Virus record (IMG/VR): IMGVR_UViG_3300028394_003336
DNA from: a virus
Length of the DNA: 64,000 nt
Strand: one strand, 5' to 3'
Both the position numbers and the translations under genes were made by a program. Within the stretch, counting starts at the first letter, position 1; each line of letters begins with the position of its first letter. Shown one piece after another: positions 52,038 to 60,500 of this stretch. Under the pieces are notes generated by a model that saw only the letters and a list, made by a program, of their open reading frames with translations, was not told where the DNA came from and did not search any database.

Positions 52038-52436
52038 ATGAGATTAGATACTCCGAGTAAAATTTATGTTGACAATAGTCCAATACATGGATTAGGAATC
52101 TTTGCTAAAGAAAAAATATTAGTTGACGAAGTGTTTGAGGTTTGTCCTGTAATTGATATGGGAATGAAGTTTGGTGAGTCTAGTCACATATTAATTGATT
52201 ATAGATTTAATTGGCCACAAGGTGGTGGTGAATGGACAAAACAAGTTGTAACTGCAGGTTTTGGTATGTTATATAATCACAGTAATAATGCCAACGCAAA
52301 TTGGAGGTCTAACTTTGAAACAAACTCTTTTGAGTTCTTTGCAACAAAAGACATTAACCCTGGTGATGAAATCTTTGTTTGGTATGGTGATATGAGTTAT
52401 TGGAACGATGGAAGAAATCATATGAATATTATTTAA
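52038..52436 (+). CDS. SET-domain protein (putative protein-lysine methyltransferase)
   Basis: SPIHGLGIFA, YNHS, TKDINPGDEIFVWYG; preferred ATG at 52038. Confidence 0.9.
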   Translation: MRLDTPSKIYVDNSPIHGLGIFAKEKILVDEVFEVCPVIDMGMKFGESSHILIDYRFNWPQGGGEWTKQVVTAGFGMLYNHSNNANANWRSNFETNSFEFFATKDINPGDEIFVWYGDMSYWNDGRNHMNII

Positions 52437-52441
52437 TTAAA

Positions 52442-54193
52442 ATGGAAGTTAGTTTAGAATCTAAGGCGTTAACATTGTTGGAAACATATGAAGGAGCAAA
52501 CAACTATATATTGGAGCTGAAAAGAAAATCTCAAATTAATAGAAAGTTTTACCCAACAAGAAGTCAATCTGAATACATTATTAACAACCACGACAAACAA
52601 CCTAAGGTTGCTAAGAAGTGGGTTATACTTGATGCTTATTTTGCCCAGAAACTTGCTGATGATAGATTAATGACTGAAATACCTGAAAAGGTTTGGGTTG
52701 AGAAGTTATTGGCAGACAAAGAAAAAGCTTTTCATATTTGGGGTAAAATTACTGAATCTCAAGAACTACATGATTTTTGGTTACCTAAAGCGTCAATAAT
52801 TAAAGATAACACAGTTAAAGATGTTGTTATCAGTTATGAAAAATATTCTAATCGTCCTCCGTTAGCACATCAAAAAGAAGCAATTCAAAAATTAGTTGAG
52901 AATAAGAAATTTATCTTGGCTGATGATATGGGCCTTGGTAAAACCACGTCCACGATTATTGCCGCTCTTGAAGCTGGTGCTAAAAAAATATTAATCATTT
53001 GTCCCGCAACTTTAAAAATTAACTGGAAGAGAGAGATTGAAAACTACACAGACAGGTCAACATATATTGCCGAAGGAAAAAACTTTTCAACCGAACATGA
53101 CTTTGTTATCATAAACTATGACATTATAAAAAATTTCCATGACCCTAAGAAAAAAGATGATTCGCAAATTCTTAGAGCCGATTTTGATTTGGTTATCATT
53201 GATGAAGCACACTATATCAAAAACGCTCAAGCCCAAAGAACAAAACTAATTAATGATTTAGTAAAGAAAGTTGACCGACTATGGTTATTAACGGGAACAC
53301 CAATGACTTCTCGCCCGATTGACTATTATAATCTATTAAGTCTAATAGATTCTCCTGTTGCCAAGAATTGGATGGCATATGTTATAAGATACTGTCAAGG
53401 ATATCAATTTAAAGTTGGTCCAAGAAAAGTTTGGAATGTCATGGGTGCTTCAAATTTAGAAGAACTAAGAGATAGAACAGTGGGATTAACATTAAGGAGA
53501 TTAAAAGAAGATGTATTAGATTTACCAGACAAAATTATTACACCTGTTTACCTTAGATTAAAATCTAAATTGTATGAAGAAGTAATGGGTGATTACTATA
53601 ATTGGTACGAAAAAAATCCTGAGGAATCAAAATCACTTACGGTTCAATTTACAAAACTTACTAAAATAAGACAAATCATTGCCGATGAAAAGATTACTCA
53701 AACAATTGAATTAGCCGAGAATATTATTGAGCAGGATAAGAAGGTTATTATATTCTGCAACTTTACAGATTCACTTAATAAAATTTGTGAACACTTTGGT
53801 AAAACAGCCGTTAAACTTGACGGTTCAATGTCAAAAGGAGAAAGACAATTATCTGTTGACCAATTCCAAGACAATGAAAAAGTTAAAGTTTTTGTTGGAA
53901 ACATTAAGGCGGCTGGTGTTGGACTTACTCTCACCTCTGCCGAGGCGGTTATTATGAATGACCTTTCATTTTTGCCATCCGACCACTCTCAAGCAGAAGA
54001 CCGAGCTTACCGATACGGTCAAAAAAATAATGTATTAGTTTACTACCCAATATTTGAAAACACAATTGAAGGAATTATCTACGACATATTAGCAAATAAA
54101 AAACAGGTTATATCTACAATCTTAGGCGATAACCAAAACAGTCCTGATGCGGCTGAAGAAATCTTAAAAAGAATTAATGAAATGCGTCGTTAA
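52442..54193 (+). CDS. SNF2-family ATPase/helicase (SMARCAL1/HARP-like)
   Basis: LADDMGLGKT, DEAH, TGTP, QAEDRAYRYGQ; preferred ATG at 52442. Confidence 0.92.
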   Translation: MEVSLESKALTLLETYEGANNYILELKRKSQINRKFYPTRSQSEYIINNHDKQPKVAKKWVILDAYFAQKLADDRLMTEIPEKVWVEKLLADKEKAFHIWGKITESQELHDFWLPKASIIKDNTVKDVVISYEKYSNRPPLAHQKEAIQKLVENKKFILADDMGLGKTTSTIIAALEAGAKKILIICPATLKINWKREIENYTDRSTYIAEGKNFSTEHDFVIINYDIIKNFHDPKKKDDSQILRADFDLVIIDEAHYIKNAQAQRTKLINDLVKKVDRLWLLTGTPMTSRPIDYYNLLSLIDSPVAKNWMAYVIRYCQGYQFKVGPRKVWNVMGASNLEELRDRTVGLTLRRLKEDVLDLPDKIITPVYLRLKSKLYEEVMGDYYNWYEKNPEESKSLTVQFTKLTKIRQIIADEKITQTIELAENIIEQDKKVIIFCNFTDSLNKICEHFGKTAVKLDGSMSKGERQLSVDQFQDNEKVKVFVGNIKAAGVGLTLTSAEAVIMNDLSFLPSDHSQAEDRAYRYGQKNNVLVYYPIFENTIEGIIYDILANKKQVISTILGDNQNSPDAAEEILKRINEMRR

Positions 54194-54200
54194 ATAATTA

Positions 54201-54229
54201 TTGGATTATTTATTATATGGATAATCCAA
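54201..54229 (+). promoter_or_regulatory. Hairpin over the translation-initiation region of the SOD fusion, containing a TATTTAT element
   Basis: TTGGATTAT(54201-54209)/ATAATCCAA(54221-54229); TATTTAT 54207-54213; ATG at 54234. Confidence 0.6.
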
Positions 54230-54233
54230 ACAT

Positions 54234-55772
54234 ATGAAGAAATTAGAAGAAAAGGTAGAACAACTGGAAACCAAAATACTTGAAAACCACGTTAACAAAG
54301 AAAAAGAACAGTTACTTACCGAAATGAAGAAAATTGGAATAGAGAAATTACCCTATTCCTACTCAGCCCTTAAACCGTTCATTGACCCCGAGACAATGGA
54401 CTTTCATTATAACAAACATTATAAAGGGTACGTGGATAAATTGAATGATGCTCTCTCAAAGAAAAAAAACGGGGATTTAGAATTAGAGCAAATCATTAAG
54501 AACATTAGTCGTTACGACAAGTCAATCAGAAATAATGCAGGTGGAGCATTCAATCACGCATTATTTTGGAATATGTTGACACCAAACCCAAAAAAACTTG
54601 AGGGGGAACTTTATAAAAAAATTGTAAATCAATTTGGTAGTTTCACACAATTCAAGAAAAAATTTGAGGCCGTTGCTAAAGATAGATTTGGTTCAGGATG
54701 GGTATGGTTAGTTCTAACCGCAAAGAATACATTAAAAATAATGTCCACACCAAACCAAGACAATCCATTAATGAATGTGATTGAAGGTGGTGGGTTTCCA
54801 CTATTAGGGTTGGACCTATGGGAACACGCATATTATTTAAAATACAGGAACAAAAGAGACGAATATATTGTAAACTTTTGGAAAGTTGTTAATTGGGATT
54901 TTGTTACAAAAATGTATGAAATGAAAACCCAAACAAAGTTAATGGAGTCTGTTGAGTTAGGTAAAATTATTACTGAATCGGCAGATGCAAAGTTCTGTGA
55001 CGCAAAAGAAATTTTATTTTTTAAAGATTTAATTAACAATTCTAAAATTAAAAGAAGATACCAAGATGGAGTAACTGACGTATTAAGAACAGTATTCCAT
55101 GATTTTTGGGTTGAGAGTACGACAAAAGAAATGTCAGGATTCTACGGAGTTGAATCTAAAGAAGGTAGGTCAATTCTTAATAACCTTAACACCAATTTCA
55201 ATGCATTTTGTTTATTGGTTAAAGCGGTTAACAGACAAATTGAAAATATTGGTAGAACCGATAAGATTTTTAATTTTAGTTTTAAAGAAAATAGAACACT
55301 GAAAGAAGTAGAAAGATTTCTTAACGCTTTAGACCATTTCAAAAAACAAATTTTTACAAAAAACAATGAAGACTTTATTAACATTATTAAAGTTTTAAAA
55401 AAGTTATGGGACAGAGGACAAAAATCTGAAGATAACGTTCAAAAGAAACTTGAAGATTATTTTGAAGGGGATGCAAAAGTTGAAAAAATTGGAGGTCACG
55501 GACAAAAAAGAGATGCCTTTAAAGGTGTTGATATGGTTATTGAAAAGGATGGTAAAACACATACCGCCCAAGTAAAACCATATTCAACGGCAAGTATAGA
55601 TGGTGATAAGGTATCGTTATCAGATACTGGTAATGTTAAACCTTATAACGTGAACTGGTTAATTTTTATTCAACCTAAAACTAATAAGATATTAATATTT
55701 GATAATCATCCATTACAAAACGAAAATCAATATATATTTAAGTTAAGTTCACTTCTTCACGAAATAGAATAA
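54234..55772 (+). CDS. Fe/Mn superoxide dismutase (Mn-type signature) fused to a C-terminal PD-(D/E)xK-like nuclease domain
   Basis: LPYSY, HYNKH..YV, NNAGGAFNH, FGSGW, NQD, DLWEHAYY; C-terminal G..SE...D..KGVD...AQVK. Confidence 0.85.
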   Translation: MKKLEEKVEQLETKILENHVNKEKEQLLTEMKKIGIEKLPYSYSALKPFIDPETMDFHYNKHYKGYVDKLNDALSKKKNGDLELEQIIKNISRYDKSIRNNAGGAFNHALFWNMLTPNPKKLEGELYKKIVNQFGSFTQFKKKFEAVAKDRFGSGWVWLVLTAKNTLKIMSTPNQDNPLMNVIEGGGFPLLGLDLWEHAYYLKYRNKRDEYIVNFWKVVNWDFVTKMYEMKTQTKLMESVELGKIITESADAKFCDAKEILFFKDLINNSKIKRRYQDGVTDVLRTVFHDFWVESTTKEMSGFYGVESKEGRSILNNLNTNFNAFCLLVKAVNRQIENIGRTDKIFNFSFKENRTLKEVERFLNALDHFKKQIFTKNNEDFINIIKVLKKLWDRGQKSEDNVQKKLEDYFEGDAKVEKIGGHGQKRDAFKGVDMVIEKDGKTHTAQVKPYSTASIDGDKVSLSDTGNVKPYNVNWLIFIQPKTNKILIFDNHPLQNENQYIFKLSSLLHEIE

Positions 55773-55790
55773 TAAAGATATTTATTTGAT

Positions 55791-56915
55791 ATGGCAGCAA
55801 TACCAGAACCAGAAAGGTCAAAAATTTATACGAGAATTAAACACCAATTAGGTGCGCCCTTAAGAAGTGTAGAACTTGAGGACGAAATGTTAGACTCATT
55901 GATGGAATTAGCAATTGGAGATTATGAAGAATATATCCTTCAGTGGTTAATTGATTCTCAATGGGTTAACTTGGTTAATTTAAACATGAATGAAAGGTCT
56001 GTGGCAAGAGCCCTTGTTACAAGAACAATGGATTTTGAACAACAATTCTCATATTCGTATTCTAAAATTGTAGGTCTTCAAACTGAAGGTCCTTGGGTTT
56101 TAAAGAAAGATTATTTTGTTCTTGAACAGAATGTGCAAACTTACGAAATTCCTGCAGGTAGAGAAGTAAATGAATTATTATGGTTTTCTGACCAAGCTTG
56201 GAGTGCATATGGTTTAGGTGGTGCTGGTGGGTTTGGTGGATTTGGTGCGTTGGGTGGTGACCAAGCGGGTTACGCTCAAATGGGAAATGGTGGTTCTTAT
56301 TTTATGATGTCAGGTTTTGATTATTTAATTAGAATGCAAGAAGCCAACATCCTTAGTAGAATTTTAGGTGGTTCATTAACATATAGAATAACAGGACTAC
56401 CTGACGGTAAAAAGTTAATACATTTAATGAACACCCCTGGTGGTAAATTTAATTGGTCAAGTTATAGTCAATATGTGGGTAAAGCCGTTTGGTATTGGTA
56501 TTATGATGTAGAACCTGATAGTAGAGCCGATTGTTTGAAAAATAATCCTGATATTATTAAATTACCAACAGACGTACCTATTGAAGAGTTAACTTGGATT
56601 GATTTAAATGTTCCTGGTCAACAATGGGTTAGAAGATGGTTTACGGCTTACTGTAAAGAAACTTTAGCGAGAGTTAGAGGAAAATATAGTGGCAACCTTA
56701 AAACACCTGATTCTGAAATTGTTATGGACTATCAAAGTTTATTAACAGAGGCCAAAGATGAAAAATCAAAATTAATTGAAGAATTGATTGGTGCTGAAGG
56801 TTGGTTAACCAGAATGAGACCTGACAAAGTAATGGAGAGAGAAGCATTAATCGCTGAAAACCTAAATAAACAAATGAAGTTCAGAGCAATGCCTCGTCAA
56901 ATTTACGTAATATAA
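55791..56915 (+). CDS. Neck protein (T4 gp13-like)
   Basis: QLGAPLRSVELEDEMLD N-terminus; WVRRW..A.CKE.L..VRGKY C-terminal signature. Confidence 0.75.
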   Translation: MAAIPEPERSKIYTRIKHQLGAPLRSVELEDEMLDSLMELAIGDYEEYILQWLIDSQWVNLVNLNMNERSVARALVTRTMDFEQQFSYSYSKIVGLQTEGPWVLKKDYFVLEQNVQTYEIPAGREVNELLWFSDQAWSAYGLGGAGGFGGFGALGGDQAGYAQMGNGGSYFMMSGFDYLIRMQEANILSRILGGSLTYRITGLPDGKKLIHLMNTPGGKFNWSSYSQYVGKAVWYWYYDVEPDSRADCLKNNPDIIKLPTDVPIEELTWIDLNVPGQQWVRRWFTAYCKETLARVRGKYSGNLKTPDSEIVMDYQSLLTEAKDEKSKLIEELIGAEGWLTRMRPDKVMEREALIAENLNKQMKFRAMPRQIYVI

Positions 56916-57250
56916 TGGCTATAATTAAAACAGTACCAGTAAGAAAATTCATCAATGGTCACCAAATAGAAACTTCTGAAATTACATTAGTTTCAGAATT
57001 AGATTATCGTACAAATGGTGAAGACTGTTGTATTATAAGAGGTGTGGCACAATCATTTGTAACATTAGATTCAAGAACATCTGACCACGTCACAGTAAAG
57101 GCAATGACTCACTTAACAATCAGACCTGATGTTGGAAAGATTGATGAAGAATACGACGAGATTGTTGCCGATAAGTTTGCATGTATTGAATTCAGGTTTG
57201 TTGGTGGAAACTGGTATATCTTATCTTCAGATGGTCTGAAGCAATCCTAA
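56915..57250 (+). CDS. Small beta-rich hypothetical protein
   Basis: 111 aa, TAATG-coupled to neck gene, ends EFRFVGGNWYIL. Confidence 0.55.
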   Translation: MAIIKTVPVRKFINGHQIETSEITLVSELDYRTNGEDCCIIRGVAQSFVTLDSRTSDHVTVKAMTHLTIRPDVGKIDEEYDEIVADKFACIEFRFVGGNWYILSSDGLKQS

Positions 57251-60016
57251 CCTTTCCTTCCAATTTTCTTCAGCTAAATCATACATATAATCTGACTTAA
57301 GACCACGTCTTTCCCAATAATTTAATTCTTGTTCAGTAATATCCAAAACATCTTTTTGTAAATCATCTTGGTCTCCTTCACCTAATGGATGTCCATTAAT
57401 TAATTCACACTGAGATGTTGTAAAAATACCTCTCTCTGCAGGGTCAGAAACAATTAAAGCATTTCTAACTTCATCTTGAAAAACAACCATCAAAGGTTCA
57501 ATTCTTTTATTGAATGTTGATACAGCTCTTGGTACATTATAGTCACCCGTTAAATCAGGGTCGTTCTCTAAAATATCTTTATCCAACATATAACAGTTAA
57601 CCATAACCCCATCTGTAATTGGTTTTGCCTTAGGGTTATTAAATAAGTTTACTGCGTTCGTATCTTTAATTTGTTTTACAGTCATCTTCTGAACATCACC
57701 TTGTGAAGCCTTTGTTCCGTTATTAACATACATAATCACATCACCCAAGTTAACACTCAAACCGTCTTGTATTGCAAGTTCCATATGAGCCATACGAGAC
57801 ATACTATTACCTGATTTAGTCTTAGTTGTTAATCTTTTCTTATACTCATCAAGAGTTAACTTAACCTTTGCTCTCTGTGCAATCTTACTTAACGCAACCT
57901 TCTTATCAAATATCTTCTGTAGATACTCATAATAATATTCAACAAATGCCTTACCATCACCTTGTAATAACATCTTAATTCCCTTATCCAAGAACTCTTC
58001 AATATATAAAGGTAACTTCTTTGACTTAATGGAGTTGCCAGTCAACTTTATCTTTCCTTTGGCATCCATAACAGCGTAATTTTTCCTGGCAAGATTTATA
58101 CATGACGGCCATACCCCATCGGTATCAAGAGCCATCTCTCCTCTCATGAATATATCGTTGTATTCTGCCACGTCAGCCTCAGGTCCATAATACTCCTTAC
58201 CTTCCTTAACCTTCCAATTCAAACCACGACCTATATACACACGGTCTTTAGCTTCAGGTGGGGTTGAGAAGTTCACACCATCCGTATCCATAACCAATGG
58301 AACATATCCTTTTGTCATAAAGAATCTAATCATCTGACGAAGATATTGTCTACCTGTACAGGTAATTTGTTCTCCCATATACATGTCACCCCAAGCATAA
58401 ACCTGAGGGGCAGACAACGCACCGAACATTGAGTTAATGAATATTTTAATCGGTAATTGTTTGTTACCATATGTTGCAGACTTCTTTGGGTCGGTTGTAT
58501 AAAATTCTTCAGCGAGTTCTTTGTATTTGATACGGGTATTACGGAAATAACTTAACATTCCTTTCATTGCACCTGTAACATCACAGTCGGGGAATACATC
58601 GTGAACCAATTGAATAGATGGATATAGTGAACTAAAGTCCAACTTAAGTACGTCCTTGGAATATCCAACCTTCAATAATCTTGATAATCCACCGACAAAA
58701 TCTGTCTTAGCTTCTTTTGCGGGAATTGCTAATCCGTGTTTGTATGACCAAGCCAACATCAACATCTTCCATAATGTTGCGGTACCCATTGTGGACACTC
58801 TCTCATATGTTGTTGGAATCATTGCGGCAAGTAGAAATGAACCTTGGTTAAACTCCGTATCAACCTTTAATGTTTCATCCAAGTCATCGTCAAGATATCT
58901 CTCAACAAGGTTATCGCCAGTAGTTTTTACATATACTTCAGGAAACTTAACATCTAAGTCTTGGTATTCAGAAGCCTTTTTATATTTTCCGTTCTGAACA
59001 TTTAACCAATACTCCTCTTTGTTAATATACATTTTACCGATACTCTCGTGGTCAATATAAACACGGTCAGGAGCCTCAGCATTAATAAACTTCGTAATGT
59101 ATTTTAATCCCGCAGCTTTAATACTTGAGTTGATTGCCTGTGCTCTACGAACAGCATGAATAATGTCAATTACGTTATAACCCCAAATAGATGTCTGAAC
59201 ATATTCTTCCACCTCATTCGCAAGTTTTAACATACTGTCCTTTCTTGTGAATGAATGTTGGGGGTGTAATGAACGACAAGCTTTTTTTGGGTCAACCCCT
59301 AAAATTTTACATCTTTCAAATATCCAATGCCAGTCAAAGTTTGCTGAATTATATCCACCAATAATACTTGGTTTGAGTTCATCTATAACTTTAAAGAACT
59401 CAATGATAGAATTCTTCTCCTGAGACTCATCAAGACACTCAATTACTCTGTGGTATCCTTTATTAGTCTTTATTCCAATCATGAAAATACGACCATCTTT
59501 AGGGTCAAGAGCAGTCGTTTCCAAGTCAAATACAAGTCGGGTGACTTGTTCGTAGTCTTCGTATCCTTTAAATAATCTTTTTTCTTTTGAAATTAGGTAT
59601 TGTTCTACAGGAGGTAGAATCATTATTTTATCCTTTGACTTATCTCCCCAAGGGTCACAACCACCATCTCTAAAAAACTGAATAAGCTCTCTATAACCTT
59701 TAAGAGATTTAACCATATATGTAAGACCTTTTTCAAGTCTTTCATTATCTTTTGTTTCCAACTTATCAATCATGATTCCGTACTTAGTCATAGCCTCTTT
59801 TTGAGCGGCTTTGGAATCACCATAAAACTTTAATCCACGCAAATCACCGACCCAAGCAAACGGAATAAACGTATCCTTACGGATTTCTTTTCCTTTACCA
59901 GGTGCTTCTTTAATTTTGTAAATTGAGTTGGATGCGTAGTCAAATTCTATTGCGACTATAAATTCTTCAGGGTCGTTGCCATGTAGGAACGATTCTATCT
60001 CTTCGTTAGATATCAT
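57227..60016 (-). CDS. DNA polymerase family B with 3'-5' exonuclease domain
   Basis: FDLET, GYNSANFDW, LDFSSLYPSI, K..INSMFG, MDTDG, RKNYA. Confidence 0.95.
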   Translation of the reverse strand: MISNEEIESFLHGNDPEEFIVAIEFDYASNSIYKIKEAPGKGKEIRKDTFIPFAWVGDLRGLKFYGDSKAAQKEAMTKYGIMIDKLETKDNERLEKGLTYMVKSLKGYRELIQFFRDGGCDPWGDKSKDKIMILPPVEQYLISKEKRLFKGYEDYEQVTRLVFDLETTALDPKDGRIFMIGIKTNKGYHRVIECLDESQEKNSIIEFFKVIDELKPSIIGGYNSANFDWHWIFERCKILGVDPKKACRSLHPQHSFTRKDSMLKLANEVEEYVQTSIWGYNVIDIIHAVRRAQAINSSIKAAGLKYITKFINAEAPDRVYIDHESIGKMYINKEEYWLNVQNGKYKKASEYQDLDVKFPEVYVKTTGDNLVERYLDDDLDETLKVDTEFNQGSFLLAAMIPTTYERVSTMGTATLWKMLMLAWSYKHGLAIPAKEAKTDFVGGLSRLLKVGYSKDVLKLDFSSLYPSIQLVHDVFPDCDVTGAMKGMLSYFRNTRIKYKELAEEFYTTDPKKSATYGNKQLPIKIFINSMFGALSAPQVYAWGDMYMGEQITCTGRQYLRQMIRFFMTKGYVPLVMDTDGVNFSTPPEAKDRVYIGRGLNWKVKEGKEYYGPEADVAEYNDIFMRGEMALDTDGVWPSCINLARKNYAVMDAKGKIKLTGNSIKSKKLPLYIEEFLDKGIKMLLQGDGKAFVEYYYEYLQKIFDKKVALSKIAQRAKVKLTLDEYKKRLTTKTKSGNSMSRMAHMELAIQDGLSVNLGDVIMYVNNGTKASQGDVQKMTVKQIKDTNAVNLFNNPKAKPITDGVMVNCYMLDKDILENDPDLTGDYNVPRAVSTFNKRIEPLMVVFQDEVRNALIVSDPAERGIFTTSQCELINGHPLGEGDQDDLQKDVLDITEQELNYWERRGLKSDYMYDLAEENWKERLGLLQTI

Positions 60017-60106
60017 AATATATTTTTTAGAGTGGTCTATTAGCTTTCACAATATGTGAAATTTACCTTCTTCTATAAATATAAAAAATGTTATGAATTA
60101 ATCAAA

Positions 60107-60484
60107 TTAACAACAAGCAGTTTCAGAAATAAAACTATCTTGAATATTAACATAAAGTTCTTCTCTGATTGGTAAAATTAAATTTCCCTCATCATTCTTG
60201 ATTAAGAATTGACCTTGGTATCTACCAACAGTATCTGTGTCGTATTTTGTAAATTTAAAATAGATATAATATTCTGTGGACGCACCCTCAGGTAAAATTA
60301 AACTAACAATTTCACATGGGGCAGAAACTATCTTAGGTATACCTGTTTCTACGTTAATCATAGAAAAATAAATTGAGGATACTTCAAGTGCCTGCATTAG
60401 CTCAAGATATCCAGCTCTACCGTCTTTAACAACCTGCATTTTTAAAACAGGTAACGTTGCATTCTTTTTGATAAAAAATTCCAT
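60107..60484 (-). CDS. BppU-N-like Ig-fold protein, putative structural
   Basis: Preferred start MEFFIKKNATLP at 60484, just after TATTTAT (60489-60495); DTDTVGRYQGQF motif. Confidence 0.55.
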   Translation of the reverse strand: MEFFIKKNATLPVLKMQVVKDGRAGYLELMQALEVSSIYFSMINVETGIPKIVSAPCEIVSLILPEGASTEYYIYFKFTKYDTDTVGRYQGQFLIKNDEGNLILPIREELYVNIQDSFISETACC

Positions 60485-60500
60485 AACAATAAATATATTG

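Noticed and set aside
57227-60016. Inteins or introns in polymerase, RNR, helicase or RecA
   Set aside because: Lengths and motif spacing are normal; no splice-junction or homing-endonuclease motifs seen
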